DNA of 41,305 nucleotides from an uncultured Candidatus Micrarchaeota archaeon (GCA_903923795.1 CAIXYX010000140.1:1-41305), one strand, 5' to 3'; counted from the first letter of the stretch, positions 19,901-28,867 are shown. Numbers and translations: made by a program. The notes: generated from the sequence alone by a model not told the origin.

Positions 19901-21137
19901 CAACACGTGGAATGGCACGATGTGCTGCCCGAGCGGGCAGTATGCGGTGAATGGCACCTGCCAATGCAGCGGCGGAAACCTCACATGTGGCTCGACTTGC
20001 TGCAATCCGACCACGCAGTCGTGCAATGAAGATTCGGGCACTTGCACAACATGTGGAGGCGGCCAGACAATGTGCGGGGGCTCATGCTGCGCTGCAGGGA
20101 ATTGCCGCAATGGAAATGTATGCTGCCCAGCCAATAGATGGAATGCCAGCACGAACACATGCTGCCCGGCCGAGAGATGGAACAGCAACACGAACACATG
20201 CTGCCCGGTCGGGCAGGTGAATGGGAATGGAGTGTGCTGCCAGGCGGGAAGATGGAACGCGGGTACGGGAGTATGCTGCCCAGACAGCAAATGGAGTGGA
20301 AGTCAGTGCTGCCCGGAGGGCAAGACCCCGTATTTGGGCACTTGTTTGTGCAATGGAAGAATAACCTGCAACTACGAATGCTGCAATTCGACAAGCCAGG
20401 GAGATGCGACAGATCAGGTATGCAATATGACGGGGCATATGAATTACAGCACTGGCACCGATTACTACACTTATGCCTGCGTGACCTGCCCGGCAGGAAC
20501 AGATAAATGCGGAACTAGCTGCTGCGCGAGCGGAAGATGCTTTGGCGGAGGAGCGGCCTGCTGCCCAGTTAACACGACGTATTTCAGCTATGGCGCGACA
20601 TGCTGCCCGAATGATCGAGTGGTTAATGGCGCATGCTGCCCGAAAAATAAAGTGATTGCGGGCGGAGTCTGCTGCGATGCGGCGTATGCACACGGAGACG
20701 TGTGCTGCCTCCCCAACCCTTACAACGAAAGCCAATATGCGATGTATTATGGGTATACGAACGGAAACCGCTGGACTGGCTCGACTTGCTGTCCATATGG
20801 ACAGGCATATGTGAATGGAAGCTGCTGTGCGCTGGACCATATTGCCCTCACAAACTCGAATTTGGGAGGATACGCATACTGCTGTGATTCAGGCAGCTGG
20901 GGCACCCCGGGCAGATACTTCGGTGATTCGATATGCTGCCCAGTGGGGACAACGTTTTCATGGACGGGCGGAAACCTGGATAGAGCAGACTTGAACATCT
21001 CAAACGTATGCTGCCCGAACGCACGCTGGGTGCATGATCCACACGGATATGATATCTGCTGCCCGGTCGGAAAAACGATCACGAACGGAGTTTGCGAGTG
21101 CTGGCTGAATAGATATGGAGAATGCGTGACGTCATGA
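16944..21137 (+). CDS. Giant Cys-rich surface protein with class III (prepilin-type) signal peptide
   Basis: RA|QTTVEYIVLFAAIAVLVLVL cleavage motif; about 180-aa pilin-like domain; Cys-rich repeats from ~17586 to the end; TTTTTAAA at 16915-16922. Confidence 0.85.
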   Translation: MFTPRRGLAGRQEKPFEGKEMGRSSSGTRGALAMRAQTTVEYIVLFAAIAVLVLVLANLLGVLPKNSGMQIEQSKAYWSSQAGPIKVKDWSMATIKQDSPLAADANLSLVLSNPTRDTIIIKAITLAPGNFSSVMDASGNWMGTSTSLSIVLLPGEERTIVALHHGVGAGAYIPAEYYSQILTLTYSTGLGTSRETGALPLVGSNRYIVGSVGACPPPLTSCGGGACAEAGHCCGSGACNSQQTCCGGSTCCNSGSESCQSGSCVAVSGCNAPNFTCNGICCDAASYNLCQGDTQCAYCDRAKTCGEYCCGDSETCVNSGAGSYAGACQIVTPACTAPNTTCGTWCCAQGQTCVNSSAATYDGACQAAATCVSPNITCGAWCCADGLGCMNDTASTYEGACQEAMFECPEQYDICGIWCCEHGDTCDPDGLTYDQACRVDRNCTSPNSVKCGTNCCLDNQTCNETTRVCVDTKSCSDPSGWNSYNQTCVNDCDATTQYCDGTSCLCANRSLIACSSNSSDYDASTMTCIDDCDHSTQYCNGACQCAPSTNVPCNSGIGVYDSSRTCLDNCDGNTYCDGNCLCQPRPVVYCSNSPDFNAGTRICADDCNRSLYSGCAGDCTCIPLDLTRYCNAHGVFDGGSLQCLSNCSDYANAFGFDPNTLTCIDNCNSATQYCDPNTCLCDIKQPVQCANFARPFDFNNPGTYWNNMTMSCQDNCAVLGSDVQCDGSNCTCCYAEGHQCDITPNSPPPGCCGGLVCNSSGMCAPAPPVILCSNSSTPLLPVPGDPEYYDRYCQDDVAQKVGTGYACNLNGCNYYPVCGYNTTYCAEGACCYANQSCVNGACVNSCAAGTTYCNDTNGNYVGCCAAGSVCNSLKGMCVVNSTCSGANLSLCGNACCNLSSQACSGGACINCAAGMGSCGSTCCAASDCRTGGVCCPSSRWVSATNTCCEIGNVSSNGHCCPANQTYANGGCCPAGQIYSNGACCAINTWNGTMCCPSGQYAVNGTCQCSGGNLTCGSTCCNPTTQSCNEDSGTCTTCGGGQTMCGGSCCAAGNCRNGNVCCPANRWNASTNTCCPAERWNSNTNTCCPVGQVNGNGVCCQAGRWNAGTGVCCPDSKWSGSQCCPEGKTPYLGTCLCNGRITCNYECCNSTSQGDATDQVCNMTGHMNYSTGTDYYTYACVTCPAGTDKCGTSCCASGRCFGGGAACCPVNTTYFSYGATCCPNDRVVNGACCPKNKVIAGGVCCDAAYAHGDVCCLPNPYNESQYAMYYGYTNGNRWTGSTCCPYGQAYVNGSCCALDHIALTNSNLGGYAYCCDSGSWGTPGRYFGDSICCPVGTTFSWTGGNLDRADLNISNVCCPNARWVHDPHGYDICCPVGKTITNGVCECWLNRYGECVTS
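20121..20207 (+). repeat. 39-bp in-frame tandem repeat encoding CCPAxRWNxxTNT
   Basis: tgctgcccagccaatagatggaatgccagcacgaacaca followed by tgctgcccggccgagagatggaacagcaacacgaacaca, then tgctgcccg. Confidence 0.85.
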
Positions 21138-21324
21138 TAGGGCAAACAAAAGCATAGTGAGGTTATGGCCCGACCAGAAAGTTTCTGGCCAACTTCGGCA
21201 GCCCCGTCCATCTGCCTTTATATACTTTAGTCTGGCCAAATTATCTATTCAGCTGGTCTTTTCGAAGATAGGCATTTGCCGAGAAGGCCATACTGTTTAG
21301 TAAAAACCGTGCGGGTGATCAGGC

Positions 21325-21969
21325 ATGGAAAACGAGTCTATTTTGCAGCAAAAGATGCAGGCGCTAAAGACGGGCACGACTACGGTCGGACTGGCCTGCT
21401 CTGACGGCGTGATTCTGGCCTCGGACAGACGGGCCACAATGGGATATTTCATCGCGTCAAAAGACGTGCAGAAGGTTTTCCAAATTGACGAGAAGATAGC
21501 CATGACGGTGGCAGGCTCGGTGGCGGACGCGCAATTCTTGGTGCGTTTGCTCCAATCCGAATGCCGCCTGTATAAATTACGCTACGGGCGCAACATGACG
21601 ACAAAGAACGCCGCGTCGCTCTTGGCGAACATGATGTTCCAATACAAGTATTTCCCATACTGGGTACAGCTCATAGTCGCAGGATATGACGAGAAGGCCG
21701 AAGTGTATTCGATTGACATGCTGGGCGGAGTGACTGAGGAGAGATTCACCTCCACTGGCTCCGGCTCGCCTGTCGCATACGGAGTCATTGAAGAGGGCTT
21801 CAAGTCGGGCGGTGCGATAAAGGAGAATGCCGCCGTGGCTGCAAAAGCGATTGCCATGGCCATGCGCCGCGATGCGGCCACGGGCGAATATGTCGACGTG
21901 GTGACCATCACCAAATCGGGCTTCAAACGCCTCGAGAAAAGCGATGTAGTGAAATTGCTCGAGAATTAG
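21325..21969 (+). CDS. psmB: 20S proteasome beta subunit
   Basis: Propeptide ending KTG|TTTVG, ASDRRAT, AGSVADAQ, TGSGSPVAYG, RDAATG. Confidence 0.97.
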   Translation: MENESILQQKMQALKTGTTTVGLACSDGVILASDRRATMGYFIASKDVQKVFQIDEKIAMTVAGSVADAQFLVRLLQSECRLYKLRYGRNMTTKNAASLLANMMFQYKYFPYWVQLIVAGYDEKAEVYSIDMLGGVTEERFTSTGSGSPVAYGVIEEGFKSGGAIKENAAVAAKAIAMAMRRDAATGEYVDVVTITKSGFKRLEKSDVVKLLEN

Positions 21970-21998
21970 ACTAGAAGAGAGATATCGTAACCAGACAG

Positions 21999-22032
21999 AT
22001 GGCCCGGAGTTAAGGCACCCCGGCCATTTTTT
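21999..22032 (+). terminator. Hairpin plus T-tract after psmB
   Basis: ATGGCC..GGAGT / ACCCC..GGCCAT stem followed by TTTTTT. Confidence 0.5.
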
Positions 22033-22128
22033 CATTTATCATTTGTTTTCATGGACATGATTTGTCCAGTCAAACACTTGCAGTCGTCAGACAAATTTAA
22101 ATTAACGTCATATTCGAGAGGTTTTCTA

Positions 22129-24021
22129 ATGGATTTCAAGGAAATAGAGAAGAAGGCGATGGAGCTGATTCCGGCCGAATGCAAGCTCACAAAAGTCGAG
22201 GCCGAAGGCTTGGACGTAGTCATATATCTCAAGGACTTGCACGCTTTTTACGCCAATGACCAGCTTATTCGAAAATTGGCCGGAGCCCTGCGCAAGCGGG
22301 TGCTGATTCGCGCCGACCCATCCGCGCTAAAGCCGCCTGAAGAGTCGCTCATCGCCATACGCGAGATAGTCCCCGCAGACGCGGGAGTGAGCGAAGTGAG
22401 GTTCACGCCAGAATTCGGCGAGGTCATGATTGAGGCATTGAAGCCCGGCCTTGTGGTTGGAAAGGGCGGCGGCACGCTCAAGGCCATTGTTGAGAGGACG
22501 GGCTGGGCGCCGCAGGTGCAGCGCCAGCCTACGATGGCATCCTCCACGGTGAAAGGCGTGCGGGCATCTTTGCAGAAAGAGGCCGGCACGAGGAAGAAAT
22601 TTTTGCAGAATTTGGGCAAAAAGATATGCGGGCCGATTCTCAAATCAGACTATGTAAAAGTGACGGCGCTGGGAGGATTTCAGGAAGTGGGCCGCTCGTG
22701 CGCTCTTGTCGAGACGCCGCATTCGCGTATACTCATAGACTGCGGCATCAACCCCGAAACTTTCGAGCCCACAAAGGCGTATCCTTACCTCTCGGCCATG
22801 AAACTTGAGCTTGACAAGATAGACGCAGTCGTGCTCACGCACGCGCATTTGGACCACTGCGGATTCGTTCCCTACCTCTTCGCATACGGCTATGACGGGC
22901 CGGTGTATTGCACGCCGCCGACGCGCGACTTGATGGTGCTTTTGCAGATGGACTACATTAATTTGGCGGCGCGGCAGAAAGAAGGAGCAGCACCATATGG
23001 CGTGAAGGACATCCAAAAGCAATTGGCGCACACCATATGCTTTGACTACGGCGAAGTGATGGACATCACGCCCGAGGTGAAATTGACATTCTACAATGCA
23101 GGCCACATTTTGGGCTCGGCGCAGGTGCATCTTCACATCGGCGATGGACTGCACAATCTTGTCTTCACAGGAGACATCAAGTACGGCTTCACACGCTTAA
23201 CCGACCAGGCGGCCACGCAGTTCCCGCGCCTCGAATCGCTTTTCATGGAGTCGACATACGGCGGGCACAACGACATCATGCCGAGCAGGTTCGACACCGA
23301 GAAAAGGCTCACCGAACTGGTGAAGAGTGTCATCAGCCGAAAAGGCAGGGTGCTGATTCCGGTGTTCTCTGTGGGCCGCTCGCAGGAATTGATGATGGTG
23401 ATGGAGGAATTCGCGGCCCGAAATCCGGATCTGAATTTCCCGGTTTATATCGACGGCATGGTGCTGGAGGCTTCGGCGATTCATACGGCCTACCCAGAAT
23501 ACTTGAGGCACAACATACAGAGGCGCGTGCTCTCCAACGACTCGCCGTTCGAATCCAAGATATTCGTGCCCGCCAAAGGCGAGCGCAAGGACATCGTCGA
23601 GGGCGACCCGTGCGTCATATTGGCGCCATCAGGCATGATGACGGGAGGCCCGGTGCTCGATTACTTCCGCATGATGGCCGAGGATGAGAAAAACGCGCTC
23701 TTCTTCGTCGGATACCAGTCTTCGCTGTCAGTGGGAAGGAAGATACAGCGGGGGCTCAAGGAGATTCCGGTGATGGGCGATGACGGCAGGAGCAACAGCA
23801 TCAAAATCAACATGGAAGTGGACACAGTCGAGGGATTCTCGGGCCACTCGGACCGCAACCAGCTCATGCATTTCGCCAAAGCCATTCGGCCATCGCCACA
23901 GCGGATATTCACGCTGCATGGAGATGAAAATAAGTGCGAGGATTTGGCGCGAAGCATAAGCAGGCAGTTCAACGTCGAATGCAGGGCGCCGATGGACTTG
24001 GACAGCATAAGGCTGAAATAA
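22129..24021 (+). CDS. fttA: beta-CASP ribonuclease aCPSF1 / transcription termination factor FttA
   Basis: N-terminal KH domains (KPGLVVGKGG), GGFQEVGRSC, HAHLDH, AGHILGS, MESTYG, GFSGHSD. Conserved archaeal adjacency to psmB. GAGGT precedes the ATG at 22129. Confidence 0.95.
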   Translation: MDFKEIEKKAMELIPAECKLTKVEAEGLDVVIYLKDLHAFYANDQLIRKLAGALRKRVLIRADPSALKPPEESLIAIREIVPADAGVSEVRFTPEFGEVMIEALKPGLVVGKGGGTLKAIVERTGWAPQVQRQPTMASSTVKGVRASLQKEAGTRKKFLQNLGKKICGPILKSDYVKVTALGGFQEVGRSCALVETPHSRILIDCGINPETFEPTKAYPYLSAMKLELDKIDAVVLTHAHLDHCGFVPYLFAYGYDGPVYCTPPTRDLMVLLQMDYINLAARQKEGAAPYGVKDIQKQLAHTICFDYGEVMDITPEVKLTFYNAGHILGSAQVHLHIGDGLHNLVFTGDIKYGFTRLTDQAATQFPRLESLFMESTYGGHNDIMPSRFDTEKRLTELVKSVISRKGRVLIPVFSVGRSQELMMVMEEFAARNPDLNFPVYIDGMVLEASAIHTAYPEYLRHNIQRRVLSNDSPFESKIFVPAKGERKDIVEGDPCVILAPSGMMTGGPVLDYFRMMAEDEKNALFFVGYQSSLSVGRKIQRGLKEIPVMGDDGRSNSIKINMEVDTVEGFSGHSDRNQLMHFAKAIRPSPQRIFTLHGDENKCEDLARSISRQFNVECRAPMDLDSIRLK

Positions 24022-24047
24022 AGAAAAAGAAGCTCTCTTTTGTTTTT

Positions 24048-24587
24048 CTAATTCTTATTCCCGTCAATCTCTTTTCTCACTGCCGCCAGCACAGCCTCGT
24101 AATCCGGATGCGCGCCGGTGTCATTCACATATTGGGCATGGGCCAATTTGCCATCCTGGCCGACGACGAAAACGGCTCTTGAGAGCAGGCGCAGCTCCTT
24201 GAACAGAACGCCGTATTTGACGCCCACATCTGCCAAACGATGGTCGGAGAGGAAATAGGTGTTGGGCTTCGGCGCGCCTGCGCAGAATCTTCCTTGGGCG
24301 AACGGCAAATCCATCGAGACTGTGATGAGGCACGCCTGCCCGCCAAGTTTTCCCACTTCAGCCTCGAAGCGGTGCGTCTCGCCAGAGCACACGCCGGTGT
24401 CAAGCGAGGGCACGGTGGTGATGATTTTCACAATTGAGGATGGAACGAGCGACAGCACGGATTGGAGCTGCTGATTGGCATCCACGGCTTTCGCGTCGGG
24501 GGCCATATCGCCGGTTTCGAGCGCTAAGCCTTCCAATTCCATTGGCTTGCCGCCCCAGAGGGCTGTGCGCACTGCATCGACGGACAT
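24048..24587 (-). CDS. tpx: Thiol peroxidase (Tpx, atypical 2-Cys peroxiredoxin)
   Basis: VPSLDTGVC, SMDLPFAQGRFC, LLSRAVFV, HPDYE; AGGTGA upstream of the ATG at 24587. Confidence 0.93.
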   Translation of the reverse strand: MSVDAVRTALWGGKPMELEGLALETGDMAPDAKAVDANQQLQSVLSLVPSSIVKIITTVPSLDTGVCSGETHRFEAEVGKLGGQACLITVSMDLPFAQGRFCAGAPKPNTYFLSDHRLADVGVKYGVLFKELRLLSRAVFVVGQDGKLAHAQYVNDTGAHPDYEAVLAAVRKEIDGNKN

Positions 24588-24630
24588 AGAATCACCTGTT
24601 GGTAGAACGATGGCGGGAGATAAAAAAGAG

Positions 24631-24750
24631 GACGGACCGGCGGGTAATAGTCCGGGGGATGCGGCAGCCCATGAGATGGACGAGTAACGGCTCAGGGGAT
24701 GTGATTGCACAGGAGATGGACGGATAACAACCGGAGGATGAATGGATAGG
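24631..24750. repeat. Three degenerate direct repeats with 40-nt period
   Basis: cgggtaatagtccgggggatg (24641), cgagtaacggctcaggggatg (24681), cggataacaaccggaggatg (24721); gagatgga precedes copies 2 and 3. Confidence 0.55.
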
Positions 24751-24753
24751 ATG

Positions 24754-25380
24754 TCAATATTCGCCCAAGGCATACAGCAGGTGGGAATAGGCGTCCGACA
24801 CATAGGAGTCATACATACCATAGATGCGCTCCTGGTGCGCTTTTAGCGCTGCCCGAATGTTCTTGCGCAGACGGCCGCTGAGGCGTTCACTCGACTCCTC
24901 GAGGAGCTTTATGCGGTGCAGGGTGAGATTCTGCTCAAAGAATTTCAGCACAGTCATGACAGGGTGATAGGTGCCCAAATCCATGGCGCAGGACATTATC
25001 TCGGTGTCGAAACGGTCGGGGTCGCCTGAAGCCGGCCGCATGTGCCGCCACAGAGTTATGGCCGACTGCTGCATGACGACCATCTCCTGATGCGCCTTGA
25101 GCGAGGGGTTTCTCAACGACTTTGAATCCAGTTTCGCCAAACGCTGCAGGATATACGTGGCCTGGAGGTTTTTGTCTATCATCAGGTTATGGCCGTCCCG
25201 TTCCATGAAATAGAAGAAACAGTATGTTTTGTCGAGCACCCGCTTCTCCGGAACGGAGATGCGGCGGTTCACGCGAGAGGAATGGTATGGGGAGAGCGGG
25301 CGGCGATTGCAGATGGGCTGGAAATTCGGCATGCCATCCAGCACGCCCAGATTGTACTGCCTGAGGAATTTGTAGCGCAT
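24754..25380 (-). CDS. Hypothetical helical protein, paralogue of the adjacent gene
   Basis: Collinear by-eye alignment with 25406-26083. Confidence 0.75.
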   Translation of the reverse strand: MRYKFLRQYNLGVLDGMPNFQPICNRRPLSPYHSSRVNRRISVPEKRVLDKTYCFFYFMERDGHNLMIDKNLQATYILQRLAKLDSKSLRNPSLKAHQEMVVMQQSAITLWRHMRPASGDPDRFDTEIMSCAMDLGTYHPVMTVLKFFEQNLTLHRIKLLEESSERLSGRLRKNIRAALKAHQERIYGMYDSYVSDAYSHLLYALGEY

Positions 25381-25405
25381 ATTGGTAATTGTTGGGAAAT
25401 GAGGA

Positions 25406-26083
25406 TTATATTCCTATTTGCCCGATTTCGGCAATAGGCGGGCCGGGCGACGGGGGGCTGGCGGCGAGCAGATGGCCAAAGCCGCTGTTTTGGAGCATGA
25501 GCGAGATGCGATAGCGCGCCTTCTTGGGCAGCTTGGGCCGCAACTCGATAAGGAGCCGTGCGCGCCCCTCGTCCATATCCTGCGAGAAGAAGACGAACAC
25601 CGCCTCGAGGGGCAGGGGGATGGCGACAGGGAGGGAGTTTCGGACGATATCTGATTTATAGAGATGGTAAGCTTTTTGCAGAAGATTCCGGTCGAAGATA
25701 TCTGCCGCGTCCGGCCGGATGGCGCGTTGCCGGCCCCAGATTTCGGCTGCCAGCTCTACACACTTGGCCAGACGCCCGATTGAATAATGGTTGATGCTGC
25801 CGGGGCGGATTTCCTGCAGATTGCGCAGGCGATAGAGCAGGTCCTGCGGCCGGTAGATTTTACACGGAGTGACACGTGCGTCGTGGCCCGCCAGTATGTG
25901 GAAGAGGAGGACGGTCCTTCGCAGGAACTGGTATTCGGCCATGTCCGGAATCTGTTTGAACTCTATCTGAGAGTAGAATCTGGCGGAGTAATGTTTAGAC
26001 AATTTTATCTGATTAGAGAAATGCTCGAATGAGGGTTTTTCCTCCAGCTTCCCGTCGCGCAATGCATTGATTAGATTGGCCAT
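25406..26083 (-). CDS. Hypothetical helical protein, paralogue of the adjacent gene
   Basis: Start MANLIN at 26083 avoids overlap with metG and aligns with the paralogue's N-terminus. Confidence 0.75.
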   Translation of the reverse strand: MANLINALRDGKLEEKPSFEHFSNQIKLSKHYSARFYSQIEFKQIPDMAEYQFLRRTVLLFHILAGHDARVTPCKIYRPQDLLYRLRNLQEIRPGSINHYSIGRLAKCVELAAEIWGRQRAIRPDAADIFDRNLLQKAYHLYKSDIVRNSLPVAIPLPLEAVFVFFSQDMDEGRARLLIELRPKLPKKARYRISLMLQNSGFGHLLAASPPSPGPPIAEIGQIGI

Positions 26084-26137
26084 ATTGAGGTTTTTTGGGT
26101 TCACATACTTATATTCTTTCGTGCCGATTATGGGAGC

Positions 26138-28447
26138 ATGGCAAAGATCCTCATCACCTCGGCCCTGCCCTATGTGAATAATGTGCCCCACTTGGGCAAT
26201 CTGATAGGCTGCGTTCTGTCAGCCGACGTTTTCGCCCGCTTCTGCCGCTCACGCGGTTATGAGACTCTTTATGTGTGCGGCACGGATGAATACGGCACCG
26301 CCACAGAGGCCAAAGCCATAGAGGAGGGCGTGAGCCCGCGCGAGATTTGTGATAAGTATTTCGCCATACACAAGGGCATCTATGACTGGTTCAACATCTC
26401 GACAGATCGGTTTGGAAGGACTTCGGAACCCCTGCATGCGAAGCACACGCAGGACATATTCACCTCTTTGCACAAGAACAAGATGCTGGTGGAGAAAGAG
26501 GTCGAGCAGCCGTACGACGCGAAGATGAAGATGTTTTTGGCGGACAGGTTCGTGTCTGGAATTTGCCCGTTCTGCAAATCAGCGGATGCACGGGCAGACC
26601 AGTGCGACAAATGCGGCAAATTGCTCACCTATTCGGAATTGGGCGAACCGAAGAGCAAGCTGTCGGGGACAACGCCAGTCATGCGCAAGACGAAACATCT
26701 ATTCTTGGACTTGGCCAAATCACAACCGAAACTGGAGAAATGGATAGATGGCATCGAAGCTGAGGGGAGATGGTCGGCGAATACTGTTGCGATTGCGCGC
26801 TCATGGCTACACGAGGGTTTGCACGCCCGCTCGATTACGCGGGATTTGAAATGGGGCGTGCCTGTGCCGCTCAAGGATTGGGAAAATAAAGTGCTTTACG
26901 TTTGGTTCGATGCGCCGATTGGATATATTTCGATAACGGCTGCTCACACGAAGAAATGGAAAGAGTGGTGGATGGCTGGAAATGGAACTGCGACTGGAAA
27001 GGAAGCAGGGGCGGCAGGAAAAGCGGATGGCTCATCCGGCAAATCCGATGTGCGGCATTACGAATTCATAGGCAAGGACAATGTGCCTTTCCATGCCATA
27101 ATCTTCCCCGCCATGCTCATGGGCACAGAGCAGAACTGGACTCTGCCATATTATATCTCTTCGACCGAATTCTTGAATTACGAGGACGGCAAATTCTCCA
27201 AGAGCAAAGGGGTCGGGGTGTTCGGCAACGACGCCGTTGCGTCGGGGATTCCGGCCGATGTTTGGCGCTACTATTTGCTGGCCACGCGGCCAGAATCTGC
27301 GGATGCCACTTTCTCATGGGATGAGTTCGGAAGCCGGCTGAACAAGGAATTGCTCGGCAACTACGGCAACTTGGTGAATAGGGCACTCATGTTTTTGACG
27401 CAGAATTTCGACGGAGTCGTGCCGGAGGCTGAATTGAGCGATACGGATGAGGCATTCTTGGCAGACGTGCATATCCGCCTTGCGCGCGAAGCCGACCTCT
27501 TGGAGAAAGTGCAATTACGGGCCGCCCTTTCCGAATTCATGGGAGCTGCCGCCGCTGCCAATGCATATTTCCAGACGCAGGCGCCATGGAAGGCGATAAA
27601 GGAAGACCCGCCACGCGCTGCTGCCACGATGAATGTGCTTGTGCAGGTCATCAAGGATTTGGCCATCGCATCAGAGCCGTATTTGCCTAGCAGCTCAGCA
27701 TCTGTTTTCAAACAGTTGAATGTGCAGGCGCAAAGTTGGAAAGATATAGGGCAGAAGAGGATTCCTGCGGGGCACAGAATTGGGACGCCGGTGCATCTGT
27801 TCAAGCCTATTGATGCGAAAGTGCTTGCTTCGCTTAGGGAGAAATATTCGGGGAAACAGAAGAAAACAACAGATGCCTCGCCTGCATCAAAATCGACCAC
27901 TTCGGCTTCGAACTCGAAACCTGCTTCGAACTCGACGTCTCGCGCGAATGCTTCAGCCGCGCCGGTCACTCCACTAACGCTCGAGAATCTCCAGCTTGAG
28001 GTCGGTTTGATCGAATCCGTCGAAAAACATCCTAATGCCGAAAAGCTTTATGTGGAGAAAATCATTTTGTCCGGCGGCGAGATTCGCACGGTCTGCTCGG
28101 GTTTGGCCCAGCACATGCCGATGTCGGATTTGCAGGGGCGCTCTTGCGTGATTGTGAAAAATCTCAAACCAGCCAAATTGCGCGGAGTGGAGAGCGCCGG
28201 AATGCTGCTTGTTGCTGAAGATGAGGCGCACGTGATGGAGATAATTTCACCAGATGCGCCGGCCGGCACGCCGATAACATTTGATGGCGTGAAGTCGAAT
28301 GCGAAATTGCCAGCCATCTCGATTGACGAATTCTTTTCTGTGAAAATGGAGGTGAAAGATGGCAAAATCTTTGCTAACGGGCACGCGCTTCTGGTTGATG
28401 GCAAGCCAATCAAATTGGTGAAAGTAAAAGACGGGAAAGTGAGCTAA
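26138..28447 (+). CDS. metG: Methionyl-tRNA synthetase with C-terminal tRNA-binding (Trbp111-like) domain
   Basis: ALPYVNNVPHLGN, GTDEYG, Zn knuckle CPFC..CDKC, YVWFDA, GKDN, KFSKS, HPNAEKLY..NLKPAKLRGVESAGMLL. Confidence 0.97.
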   Translation: MAKILITSALPYVNNVPHLGNLIGCVLSADVFARFCRSRGYETLYVCGTDEYGTATEAKAIEEGVSPREICDKYFAIHKGIYDWFNISTDRFGRTSEPLHAKHTQDIFTSLHKNKMLVEKEVEQPYDAKMKMFLADRFVSGICPFCKSADARADQCDKCGKLLTYSELGEPKSKLSGTTPVMRKTKHLFLDLAKSQPKLEKWIDGIEAEGRWSANTVAIARSWLHEGLHARSITRDLKWGVPVPLKDWENKVLYVWFDAPIGYISITAAHTKKWKEWWMAGNGTATGKEAGAAGKADGSSGKSDVRHYEFIGKDNVPFHAIIFPAMLMGTEQNWTLPYYISSTEFLNYEDGKFSKSKGVGVFGNDAVASGIPADVWRYYLLATRPESADATFSWDEFGSRLNKELLGNYGNLVNRALMFLTQNFDGVVPEAELSDTDEAFLADVHIRLAREADLLEKVQLRAALSEFMGAAAAANAYFQTQAPWKAIKEDPPRAAATMNVLVQVIKDLAIASEPYLPSSSASVFKQLNVQAQSWKDIGQKRIPAGHRIGTPVHLFKPIDAKVLASLREKYSGKQKKTTDASPASKSTTSASNSKPASNSTSRANASAAPVTPLTLENLQLEVGLIESVEKHPNAEKLYVEKIILSGGEIRTVCSGLAQHMPMSDLQGRSCVIVKNLKPAKLRGVESAGMLLVAEDEAHVMEIISPDAPAGTPITFDGVKSNAKLPAISIDEFFSVKMEVKDGKIFANGHALLVDGKPIKLVKVKDGKVS

Positions 28448-28465
28448 AAGAGAAATGCAAGAAAA

Positions 28466-28855
28466 ATGGAGGGGTTTGAGATGGACTTGAGACTCGCCTG
28501 TTTGCTTGCTTTTTCATTTCTCCTAATTTCGGGCTGCTCAGGCCCGTCAACAAATGTGCCGAATATGACTGATGAGCAATGCATCGCGCAAAAGGGCGAT
28601 GTTGTGACACCCATGCAAGCGGGCGCTGCGCCTTGCCCGCTCATGTACATGACACTTATCGGCAACATCTCCAACCCCGCGACAAGCAAAGCGGATTTCT
28701 GCTGCCAGTGGAGGAGCGGGAGCATGCAATACCGCCGCGCATCGCTCAAGAACGCCACGGCAGGGCATTATGTTGTCTATAATATGGGGAATGACAATGG
28801 GACAGTGGCCTATATTGGGCTCACACTTGTCAATGAATCTGACATTTCGAAATGA
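28466..28855 (+). CDS. Small secreted/lipoprotein-like protein with several Cys
   Basis: Hydrophobic signal ending in LISG|C lipobox; C..C..CC pattern. Start 28466 or 28481. Confidence 0.65.
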   Translation: MEGFEMDLRLACLLAFSFLLISGCSGPSTNVPNMTDEQCIAQKGDVVTPMQAGAAPCPLMYMTLIGNISNPATSKADFCCQWRSGSMQYRRASLKNATAGHYVVYNMGNDNGTVAYIGLTLVNESDISK

Positions 28856-28867
28856 TGGAAGAAGATG

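Noticed and set aside
21174-21188. Palindrome CCAGAAAGTTTCTGG after the Cys-rich gene
   Set aside because: A single short palindrome with no second copy or clear promoter relation; insufficient support.
24631-24750. CRISPR array
   Set aside because: Repeats are degenerate, the 40-nt period is too short for repeat plus spacer, and there are no cas genes in the window.
24588-24821. N-terminal extensions in the ORF track (tpx from 24821; similarly serS, gpmA, aCPSF1, GH5 and the ORF from 26191)
   Set aside because: They overlap neighbouring genes or promoters; downstream ATGs have SD or TATA support and match family N-termini.
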